A DNA stretch of 64,000 bases from a virus. Below are positions 43,532-51,829 of the stretch, one piece after another (position 1 is the first letter of the stretch; every line of letters starts with the position of its first letter). The notes beneath the pieces were generated by a model that was not told the DNA's origin, made no database searches, and saw only the letters and a program-made list of their open reading frames with translations. The DNA lies in IMG/VR virus record IMGVR_UViG_3300020059_000002, positions 157 to 64,156 of that record, one strand, 5' to 3'. Made by a program: the position numbers and the translations under genes.

Positions 43532-46516
43532 TCATTCACTCCCCTCTGAGTCCTGGCAGGAGGTACCGAACACCTGCGACGCGAGGTCGTCCATGACGAT
43601 CTCGTACGCGCGTTTCCTGGTCACGTCATGAGAGACATTGTGCGCTGTGGTGAGCCGTCCGGCCGCAATCAGAGCCTGCACCTGGCCTCCTGCCACGCGT
43701 GCCTTCATACGGGGAACGACGAACCCCCCGACATTCACCCCGAGCAGGCCCACCAGACGGTGAGATCCCCCGATACGCCTCCAGTCACCTGACACTTCCC
43801 CGGAAGCCCTCAGTTCATGGACCAGCATGGGGTCCGCGTTCGGCCGGACCGCTCCAGCGACCCAGATACCGATCCGGTCCGCGCCGACCGTCACATCTGC
43901 GATCGCGTTCCCGGTGTTCTCGTAGTGCTCCTTCGCAGGACCGGCGGCCGAGTAGAGATCGGCATGGTTGGCCGTGACAGTGATCTGCCCGACCGCTACC
44001 CGCTTCCCGTCGTCAGTAGTCAGCTCTCCAGTGAGGAAGTACGGGAAGTCGTCCTCTTTCGGAGGCTGGGTGCAGACGTCCATGAACCCGATGTGACAGG
44101 CGCCCCACTGGGCAGCGTGACCGTAGATCCGGCCATCGTCCGTGACCTGGACAGTGGTGGGCATGGAGAGCTGGGGGTTAGCGAACCACTCGGCAGGAGG
44201 CTTCCAGGTCGGCGCTCCGTGCGCGACCAGGGCATCCGCCAGGCTGTGACCCTTCGGCTTGCTCTTGGCCCGCTTCACCTCGATCGCTTTCTGATTGCCG
44301 ATCGCTTCTTCCAGAGACGGTGCCCCTCCGGCGACGACCGCCCCGGAGACGTCCTTCACTTCTAGGTACGCCTCTACGAACGCGGGAATGTCGCACAGAG
44401 TGGCACCCCGGATCCGTCCCCCGTGATAGATCACCTTTTCCGGCTGTGTGAAGAGAAGCTCGAAGAGATCCTCTCCTTCGCCCTCGTTGGCACTCTCCGG
44501 GAACACGAACTCGACATCAGCGTTCTTCACGTCATCGGCATCGATGCTGACGCCCCGGAGGAACTTTTCCTGGACGCGTCGGTGAGCTTCCACCCCGTCC
44601 GGATGACCGAGATCGAACACTCCCTCGCCCATGAGCTTGTTTCCGTCTCGCCATATCCGGTCGATCCGGCCCACTGCGACAGCCTTGGTGCGGGCTTCCC
44701 CGCCGTGACTGTCCTCCTTGTTCCAGCGGAGCAGGACTTCACCTGGCTCGATCGGGTCGGGGTAGGAGAGAGATTCCGAAGCGAATTCCCTGCCGTCCCC
44801 GGTGACCTGACCCTCCACGACCAGAACACCGGTCCATGCGGCTGTGGTGGCAGACGATTCCTGGGAAGTCTCCGGAGTGCACTCTCCTGTGGCGGGGTCC
44901 AGCTCCATGCCCGGAGGGCATTCCCCACTGTCGAGAGCGAACGACGTCACCTCGTTGCCTTCAACGTCGGTGATCGACCCGTCCTCATTCAGGGTGATTC
45001 CCTCCAGCCCGGAGGCTACGGCTCTGATGTCCGTTTTCAGATCTGAGCTGGAACCGTTGTCTTCACCGTCCGCGTACTGGTTCTCCTTGATCCGCTTGTC
45101 TTTCTTCGTCCCGGGGTTCGGCTTGCCTCCCAGGGATTCGGTTGCCGTGGTCATTCCTGCCTCCAGTTTGGCGCTGCCTACCTCGGCTGATCCCCAGACG
45201 GCGATCATCGTACCCCTGCACCTTCCGCCTCCAGCGCAGCTGATGTATCCACCGCCTCCGGACGGATATGCCTCAGCGGCAGAAGAAAGAGAGGTGAATT
45301 CAGTTCCATCTATTGATTTGCAAGGTCCACAAGTGTTTTTATCTACGATCTCTGTGGCCAAATAGACCCCTGGGGGAGCTACCGTCAGCACCGCCATCCG
45401 GCCCGTGTTCTGGGCTGCGCTCATTGCGGACCCGATGTACTCCTTCGGAGTCGCAGAAGAGAGACCCTTCAGACCGGAGTCGACATGATCGGCCACCTGT
45501 TTCCCGGACCGGCCTGACGTCACGAACGACATGGCGCGGCGTCCGGCGGACTGGACCAGGCCGAGACCCAGTGCCCTGGCGGTGACCCTGGCCACGGAAC
45601 GGATGGTGTCGATCGCCGTGGACGCAGTGAGAGCAGTGTTCAGACCCCACTCAGGGACTTCTACGCCCTGGTGCTCCGCTTCCCGCTGCATCTCCTTGCC
45701 TGCCGTAATGGCGAGACGGGTCATGTGATCGGTGAGCAGAGCCGTCATGTGATCGGTGTCGACAGTGAGATACCCGAGACGGTCCAGATCTCCGTCATCC
45801 ACGATCTTCGCGATCTGTGCCCGGAGGTCTGCTCTCTGGTCTGCCTCGGTCCTGACGTAGTCGCTCATCATGGACCCGACAGCATCGTGCCACTGCCTGT
45901 CGATCATGGCGAAATCGGCACGGCTCGCGATCTCTGGTCCCGTGGGCTTCCTCCAGAACGATCCTCCTGCTGTCAGGGTCCCGGACAACGGGATGTCCGT
46001 GTCCTCATCCCCGAAGGAGACGCGGATCCGGTCGAACGTCACAGGACCGAGCTTCTTCTCTAGCTCTTTGACCAGGGTCAGATCGTCGGAATATTGCGCA
46101 CATACATGCGCGACCCAAGGGGTGTGCTGCTCCGGAACCAGAATTGAGCCAGGGCACATGTACATGCATTCCCTGGCAAGCCCGTGAGCGTCTTCCAGGC
46201 ACGGACCCTCGGGACCGTCACCGACCGACCACACCCACGAGGGTGAGTCACCTCCTGCGTTCCAGTGAGCTGCACCGAAGATCTTCGCAGTGATCGGGGG
46301 AAGATCCGCCGCGAGCAGCATCATCGCCCCGATGATCTCCTGACGTGCCGCTTCGTCGAACACGGAAGCGTCCGGCCCGAGGTACATCAGAGTGCAGTGA
46401 AGTTCGTCAGCAGCCTCCCCGCCCTTGAACGCGAGACGCCGTGCGTCTTCCTCTGTCGGCATGAGGGCGATCATGGCGCCCTGGTGAGCAATGTCAGACG
46501 ATGATGCGGTGGCCAT
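43532..46516 (-). CDS. 2H-phosphoesterase / MuF-like / capsid-protease-like fusion
   Basis: HCTL and HVCA (2H-like motifs); DKNTCGPC...RCRG (MuF/gp7-like); EGQVTGDGR...GVSID...GATL.DIPAF (maturation protease-like). Confidence 0.7.
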   Translation of the reverse strand: MATASSSDIAHQGAMIALMPTEEDARRLAFKGGEAADELHCTLMYLGPDASVFDEAARQEIIGAMMLLAADLPPITAKIFGAAHWNAGGDSPSWVWSVGDGPEGPCLEDAHGLARECMYMCPGSILVPEQHTPWVAHVCAQYSDDLTLVKELEKKLGPVTFDRIRVSFGDEDTDIPLSGTLTAGGSFWRKPTGPEIASRADFAMIDRQWHDAVGSMMSDYVRTEADQRADLRAQIAKIVDDGDLDRLGYLTVDTDHMTALLTDHMTRLAITAGKEMQREAEHQGVEVPEWGLNTALTASTAIDTIRSVARVTARALGLGLVQSAGRRAMSFVTSGRSGKQVADHVDSGLKGLSSATPKEYIGSAMSAAQNTGRMAVLTVAPPGVYLATEIVDKNTCGPCKSIDGTEFTSLSSAAEAYPSGGGGYISCAGGGRCRGTMIAVWGSAEVGSAKLEAGMTTATESLGGKPNPGTKKDKRIKENQYADGEDNGSSSDLKTDIRAVASGLEGITLNEDGSITDVEGNEVTSFALDSGECPPGMELDPATGECTPETSQESSATTAAWTGVLVVEGQVTGDGREFASESLSYPDPIEPGEVLLRWNKEDSHGGEARTKAVAVGRIDRIWRDGNKLMGEGVFDLGHPDGVEAHRRVQEKFLRGVSIDADDVKNADVEFVFPESANEGEGEDLFELLFTQPEKVIYHGGRIRGATLCDIPAFVEAYLEVKDVSGAVVAGGAPSLEEAIGNQKAIEVKRAKSKPKGHSLADALVAHGAPTWKPPAEWFANPQLSMPTTVQVTDDGRIYGHAAQWGACHIGFMDVCTQPPKEDDFPYFLTGELTTDDGKRVAVGQITVTANHADLYSAAGPAKEHYENTGNAIADVTVGADRIGIWVAGAVRPNADPMLVHELRASGEVSGDWRRIGGSHRLVGLLGVNVGGFVVPRMKARVAGGQVQALIAAGRLTTAHNVSHDVTRKRAYEIVMDDLASQVFGTSCQDSEGSE

Positions 46517-48287
46517 TGGCCGTCCTCCGGTCCAGAATCCTGGTCTCCGTGGTCACCCACTGGGACGTGTCGATCCCCGGGGACGGCTGCCCGAGAACGA
46601 ATCTCCCGAACGGGTCCAGATGAGATTCGTACGTCCCGGTAGCGAGACGGGTCAGATGGGCTTCCTCTGCCGCATGAGTGAACGGACAGCCGTACGCGTT
46701 CTCCGCGCAGATCGGAGGATGCAGAAGAACCGGGAGCCGGGTTCCGGAGAACCGCACTGCGTGCATGGCGCGGGACTGCGCTATCACTCTCTCCATCTGG
46801 ACAGACGCTTTCTGGTTCCCCGGTGGAGCGGAGGGAGGCGGGGCGCTCTTCTGTTCCGGAGGACCCGGAACGTCGGTCGGTACCTGGTCCTCCTGCGGCA
46901 CAGGAACGGGCGCGCCTGTCGGTGCTTCGCTCCCGGTCGGCTGCTTGATGATCTCTTCCCCAGTGACCGATTCGAACGCGGACGCAGCCAGCGTCGGAGT
47001 GAGCCGGACCAGGGACTTCAGCATCTGCTCCTTAAGAACATTGCCCTCGGGCTTGTCGTCCTCACTGAATCCGGTCTCGCGCCGGAGAGCCTCTCCGTCG
47101 ATCTCATACCGGTCGTACGCGATCACCGCGTTCTCGCTCCGGTCCGGCCGGATCGCAAGCTCGCTCATGTCGTACCAGACGACCCACTTGCCGACGTCGG
47201 TCTCTCCGCTCGCAGCAAGGCGCGGCTGGAGGTATCCCACGGTGAGACAGTGGCAGATCAGTTCTGCCATGGGAGCGATGTGCGTCTTCAGAGCACTTTC
47301 GTCCAGGGCCCATGCGGTCCAGTGATTAGTATCCCCCAGGCCGGTGAGGATCTCGGCGGGGATGTCCAGCTTGTTCGCGAGACGAGTGATCGCCGAATTC
47401 CTGCGCTCGATGACCTTCTCGTCGATCTTCAGGGTGAAGTCGATGTGCCTGATCTGATCGGCTACCTCGGACGGGACTCTGATCAACAGAGGAACGATGG
47501 ATGACGCGTGACCGGGTTCACGGATGGACTCCGCAGCGATCTCCACGAACTCCATGCTGAGAGGATCAGGCTCATCCTGGAACTCTTCACGGACAGGAAA
47601 AGACGCTTCCTCAGGAAGGATCAGCAGACCGGCCATGGCGAGACGGGACAGGTACTGAGCGGTGATGTACCTGTTGACGAGTTCCAGTTCCCGCATGATC
47701 GGGCGTGCGGAACGGGCAGGAGAGTCTGCTACATGGTAGTAGCGGGGGTGCGGGCGCCAGACACGGACAACCAATGAGTTGTCCGGAAGATCGACCCATG
47801 TGACATTGGGGATCCGGTTCCCCACCACCTGGAATCTCTGGCTGTTTGCCCGGACTTCCTCGTTGCTGCGCACCATCCACGAGAAGCTGTCCCGGCCTCT
47901 CTGCTCCCCTACGAGATACCCCTCGCCGGGAACCGAGAGCTGAGTGACCAGGCCACGCATCATCTGAGCCTGGCCCCCGACTCCCCCTGCCAGGTCACGG
48001 AGCATCTTCGCCGCAAGATCATCCGGTTTGACGTCGCTGATGGACGGCTCATCAAGATCCGGCCTCAGCAGGGCGGCACGAATGCGGACCCTGCTCATCA
48101 TCTGTGCGAGCCAGTTCACTCCGGTGTTGAACTCCCCGAGCTGGTCGAAGAAGTCCCAGACCTCGCGCTGCCAGGATTCGTCAGTCCTGAGCAGGGGACC
48201 GCGAGGCGCGGCGACGATCGAAGCAGCAGCAGTGATCGCGGCCGTGTCTGGCTTCTGATCCGATCGCCAGGGTGCATACCACGGCAT
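46494..48287 (-). CDS. Portal protein
   Basis: Upstream of head morphogenesis gene; LDIPAEILTGLGDTNHW; ATG 48287. Confidence 0.8.
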   Translation of the reverse strand: MPWYAPWRSDQKPDTAAITAAASIVAAPRGPLLRTDESWQREVWDFFDQLGEFNTGVNWLAQMMSRVRIRAALLRPDLDEPSISDVKPDDLAAKMLRDLAGGVGGQAQMMRGLVTQLSVPGEGYLVGEQRGRDSFSWMVRSNEEVRANSQRFQVVGNRIPNVTWVDLPDNSLVVRVWRPHPRYYHVADSPARSARPIMRELELVNRYITAQYLSRLAMAGLLILPEEASFPVREEFQDEPDPLSMEFVEIAAESIREPGHASSIVPLLIRVPSEVADQIRHIDFTLKIDEKVIERRNSAITRLANKLDIPAEILTGLGDTNHWTAWALDESALKTHIAPMAELICHCLTVGYLQPRLAASGETDVGKWVVWYDMSELAIRPDRSENAVIAYDRYEIDGEALRRETGFSEDDKPEGNVLKEQMLKSLVRLTPTLAASAFESVTGEEIIKQPTGSEAPTGAPVPVPQEDQVPTDVPGPPEQKSAPPPSAPPGNQKASVQMERVIAQSRAMHAVRFSGTRLPVLLHPPICAENAYGCPFTHAAEEAHLTRLATGTYESHLDPFGRFVLGQPSPGIDTSQWVTTETRILDRRTANGHRIIV

Positions 48288-48341
48288 GTGATCCTCCCTG
48301 TACCAGTCGAGCACAGGATAGCCGCATGATCGGTTATTCCC

Positions 48342-48806
48342 TCACGGACCTGGAGAGACGGGGACAGGGTCACCAGTGATGTACTTGTCGCACTCCAGGG
48401 CATCGTAGCCGTCCTGGATCACAGTGAATGCATGATCATACTTCTCTGGATCAGGAGCAGCCGCACGTCCGGCAGCGGACTTGGAATCGAGGAAAACTTG
48501 ATACAACGGGCACAGTGCCTTCTGTCTCTGAACGGTCTGGGAGTAGTCCAGTCGCTGAGTGAGATCATCGATCCGTTCGGTATTGCTCTGCATCCCGAGT
48601 CCGACGATCACTACTGTCGCTGTGATCAGGATGTCCAGGACAAGACCCGTGATCGCGATCACCGCAAGTACCCGGTTCTCATGGGACTTCTTGGCCAGCT
48701 TGGTGAACTGGATCCCCTCATCCTGAGCGAGCAGCTGGACCCGGTCCATGAGGCCGGTAGCCGCGTCAACGAGAGCCTCTATCTCTGAACGTTCATTCTC
48801 CTGCAT
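48342..48806 (-). CDS. Membrane protein
   Basis: One TM helix followed by a region with two Cys. Confidence 0.65.
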   Translation of the reverse strand: MQENERSEIEALVDAATGLMDRVQLLAQDEGIQFTKLAKKSHENRVLAVIAITGLVLDILITATVVIVGLGMQSNTERIDDLTQRLDYSQTVQRQKALCPLYQVFLDSKSAAGRAAAPDPEKYDHAFTVIQDGYDALECDKYITGDPVPVSPGP

Positions 48807-48996
48807 CTTCCGTACTCCCTGAGACAGGGGGAGGCCCCTTCTTCCTGGCTTCGGTCTGAAGAACTCTTGCTGCTTCCATGAGATCGTCAGCAAACCCCTT
48901 CAGTTCGTCAGCTGTCCGGAGCATCTCCGCACGGAGACGCTTCGACTCCGCGAGAACACGGTCTATGTGACTCTGCGGGGGGTGCTTTGCCTCCAT
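48793..48996 (-). CDS. Small coiled-coil protein
   Basis: MEAKHPPQSHIDRVLAESKRL... Confidence 0.55.
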   Translation of the reverse strand: MEAKHPPQSHIDRVLAESKRLRAEMLRTADELKGFADDLMEAARVLQTEARKKGPPPVSGSTEDAGE

Positions 48997-49000
48997 GAGA

Positions 49001-49285
49001 TCAGTCCTTGCGAAGCGCTGCCAGGGCGTTGGCAACTGCCTGACTTGCATCTGACGTAGCGCGCGCCGACTGAGCAATCGTGGTGAGGTACTCATTCCTG
49101 ACTGCCTCATTAATCTTGATCAATTCAAGTTCCAGTCTGTCACCGCGCTGTTTGTGACTTTCCAGTTCGGCTGACAGCCTAGCGAACAGGACACGTACCG
49201 CAGCCAGAGCGAACAGGGCCAGCACTCCGACCGCTCCGTACTGAAGGAGCAGCGCGCTCACCGGGTCTGCTTCAGCGATCAGCAT
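49001..49285 (-). CDS. Membrane protein (holin-like TM + coiled coil)
   Basis: LLQYGAVGVLALFALAAV then coiled coil. Confidence 0.6.
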   Translation of the reverse strand: MLIAEADPVSALLLQYGAVGVLALFALAAVRVLFARLSAELESHKQRGDRLELELIKINEAVRNEYLTTIAQSARATSDASQAVANALAALRKD

Positions 49286-49421
49286 GGGCGCATTGTGCCA
49301 TGTGTCCCGCGTACTGCCTGACAGAGCCAGAGATTATGTCCATGGCCGGACATGGCGGAGCCCCCCAGGAGAGGGATCAGCTCACTGGGGGGCTCTTCAG
49401 CCCGGACAGGCACTGCCCAGA

Positions 49422-49712
49422 CTACCCGAACGGATGACCGTTGGTGTTTCTGCTCATGGGCGGGAGAGGGACACCCGCAGGTGCCACGGTGAGCGAGGAC
49501 ATGCCGTCCAGCTCATTGCGGATCTGCTCGATCCACTTCTCTCCGTCGGCTTTGGTCATCACTGCGGTCACCGTAGCGTTGGGGACCCGGACGGTAAGGA
49601 TCAGCAGGTCTCCGGTCGGGGACGTGTGCTTCCCGGTCATGAGCCATGCGGGAACGGTGCCGACGCTCGGGTGCGCTGGGTCCAGTGGAGGGTGACCCTG
49701 AAATTCGTTCAT
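49422..49712 (-). CDS. Hypothetical protein
   Basis: MNEFQGHPP...TGDLLILTVR. Confidence 0.6.
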   Translation of the reverse strand: MNEFQGHPPLDPAHPSVGTVPAWLMTGKHTSPTGDLLILTVRVPNATVTAVMTKADGEKWIEQIRNELDGMSSLTVAPAGVPLPPMSRNTNGHPFG

Positions 49713-49713
49713 G

Positions 49714-49977
49714 TCAGACAGATCCCTGGAGGTTACCGAAGTGCTGACGCTCGATGTAGGAAACGGTGTTGGAAGTCCAGCCATCGTAGGCAGTACGGAG
49801 ATCGTCCAACGCTGTTTCCAGGTACGGGATCAGCTCGTCTGCTGCGATCTGTTTTCCCGAGGTGTTGGTTCCTATGGTGATCGAAACTAGAAGTCCGTTG
49901 CTGGTTCCCACGCTGTACGTCACTGATGAGACGTTGAATCCATCGGTAGGCAAAGTCACTGTCTCTCCTAGATCCAT
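49714..49977 (-). CDS. Hypothetical protein
   Basis: 87 aa in operon. Confidence 0.6.
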   Translation of the reverse strand: MDLGETVTLPTDGFNVSSVTYSVGTSNGLLVSITIGTNTSGKQIAADELIPYLETALDDLRTAYDGWTSNTVSYIERQHFGNLQGSV

Positions 49978-50579
49978 GCACTCTTGTAGTGCGACGTCCG
50001 GACACCTGTGTGCACGTACACCTGTTCTCCCGCATCGCGTACTCGGGAGCAGAACGAAAGATCTTCACTAAGGTACCCATCAGGTCCTTCAACCGGATCG
50101 AACCATCCAGTTCCGATCTTCTCCAGAACGCTCCTGTTCACCAAAAGGCATCCTGTTCCGGTCGCATGAACCGAGAGAAGGGTGTTCTCGGGCCAGGAAT
50201 CCAGAGACTGAAGATCTTCCCCGTACAGAGTGGCGAACCGCTCGCTGACCGACCCGAACATCCCGTCAGGTCCGGCACTCCGCAGTCCGAAACACATGGC
50301 TCCGACGACCTGAACGGAACAATCGATCAGTCTCTCCAACGTGTCCGGGACGAATCCCATATCGGAATCAACCATCCACAGCCACTCTGCATCGGAGTCG
50401 AGCAGGAGACGGGCTCCCTGGTTTCTCACCTGGGGCAGGTTCCCAGCACTGCACTGGATGAGCGCGAGCTGACGGAGATGATGATCATGCGATCGGTCAT
50501 ACGCCTGACAGGACAGGACAGACTGCATATAGCTGGTAGCTACTGTCCCTGGATGAGGAGTGACCAGGAGAACGCTCAC
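49968..50579 (-). CDS. Glycosyltransferase family 2-like
   Basis: GTGA overlap; RNQGARLLL, WLWMVDSDMGF, ATGTGCLLV, LSEDLSFC. Confidence 0.8.
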   Translation of the reverse strand: MSVLLVTPHPGTVATSYMQSVLSCQAYDRSHDHHLRQLALIQCSAGNLPQVRNQGARLLLDSDAEWLWMVDSDMGFVPDTLERLIDCSVQVVGAMCFGLRSAGPDGMFGSVSERFATLYGEDLQSLDSWPENTLLSVHATGTGCLLVNRSVLEKIGTGWFDPVEGPDGYLSEDLSFCSRVRDAGEQVYVHTGVRTSHYKSAWI

Positions 50580-51004
50580 GCCCACTCCTTGGATGCGATC
50601 AAGGAAGCGCCCGCCCACACCGCACAACCCATGAGCCAGGGCCACTGAACGCCGACCGCGAGATCCGTCGCGAGGACCAGAGCACCAGAGACGTACGCGC
50701 TCGCGCACCACGGACAGGTCATCAGTTCTGCCAGCCAGTACGGAGACCAGGCGGCACGCGGTACCCATCTGTTCTCGAGATCATTGATCTTCTGTGTGAC
50801 GAAAGGCTTCTTCGGGAATCCTGTCTCCCCCATAGGAAGATCCCCCTGGATCAGTTCCCATTCGGGATCTGTCAGCGGTCGCCATCCGCCTGCAACCCGG
50901 TCACGGACCCAGAGCACCGGGGGGAACGTGTCCTTCACGATCAAGCGGGTCAGTCTGTACGCGGTGAGGACCAGGAGCACCAGGAGAAGAATCTCTCTGC
51001 TCAC
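50576..51004 (-). CDS. DUF1360-like membrane protein
   Basis: AYRLTRLIVKD...LMTCPWCASAYV. Confidence 0.75.
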   Translation of the reverse strand: MSREILLLVLLVLTAYRLTRLIVKDTFPPVLWVRDRVAGGWRPLTDPEWELIQGDLPMGETGFPKKPFVTQKINDLENRWVPRAAWSPYWLAELMTCPWCASAYVSGALVLATDLAVGVQWPWLMGCAVWAGASLIASKEWA

Positions 51005-51176
51005 AGGGACCCTCCAGGACCGAAGACGTTCTCCGTCGGCTTGGACCTTCCGACTTTATTGATCTTTGCGTCCTTCATCTTCTCTTCCTGGAGGATCATC
51101 ATGTACGGACGCGGGTCCCCTGTTTCCTGGCGCGCACGGGCGCGCTTCCATGCAGGGGACCTTCTCCTGCCAGGCA

Positions 51177-51401
51177 TCAGATTCCTGTTCCAGGCCCTTT
51201 TCCCCAGCTCGCGGAACGGCGGCCCTGGGGATCGGTCGGAGGGTGGGGGAGAGGGCTGACGGGGCGCACCGGGTCCGACGTCAGGAACAGGTAGCGGTCG
51301 AAAGCCTTCCGGCCTGATCTCAGGAACCTGACACTGATCACAGCGACCCAGACTCCCAGGGACAGCGCCAGGAGACCCGTGATCAGGAGGAAGCCAGTCA
51401 C
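51177..51401 (-). CDS. Small membrane protein
   Basis: GTGA overlap; N-terminal TM. Confidence 0.55.
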   Translation of the reverse strand: MTGFLLITGLLALSLGVWVAVISVRFLRSGRKAFDRYLFLTSDPVRPVSPLPHPPTDPQGRRSASWGKGPGTGI

Positions 51402-51775
51402 GCGACCGGGCCCGGCTGGACGAGCTTCCCTGCGGGGCTCACCGTGGCGGGAATCGGGTTCGTCACGACCTGGCGGGTGAAGAATCCGAGGATCAGGGTG
51501 ACGGCACCGACGATGGCGGTCTGGTGTTCTGCGGTCCAGTCGAGGTTCAGGGACGCGAAGAGCGCGAACAGGGCGTTGAGAGTACCGGTCGCGAGAGCGA
51601 TCACACCGTCGTGCATCACGACTGCGTTACCGACAGCGAAGACGAAGACGACGATCGCTGTGACGATGCCCTGCACCTTGCCATCGAGATCGAGACCGTA
51701 CGAGGTGGCCACCTGAGCGACCGATGCGATCACGGCAAGCCATACGACCTGCTCGCGGCCCCACAATTTGAACAT
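51398..51775 (-). CDS. Putative holin
   Basis: Four short TM segments; GREQ start, FTRQVVT C-terminus. Confidence 0.6.
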   Translation of the reverse strand: MFKLWGREQVVWLAVIASVAQVATSYGLDLDGKVQGIVTAIVVFVFAVGNAVVMHDGVIALATGTLNALFALFASLNLDWTAEHQTAIVGAVTLILGFFTRQVVTNPIPATVSPAGKLVQPGPVA

Positions 51776-51829
51776 GATCTTTGTCCTTTCCGGAGGATTA
51801 AGCCGACCGGATCATAGCATCCGGGCTCT

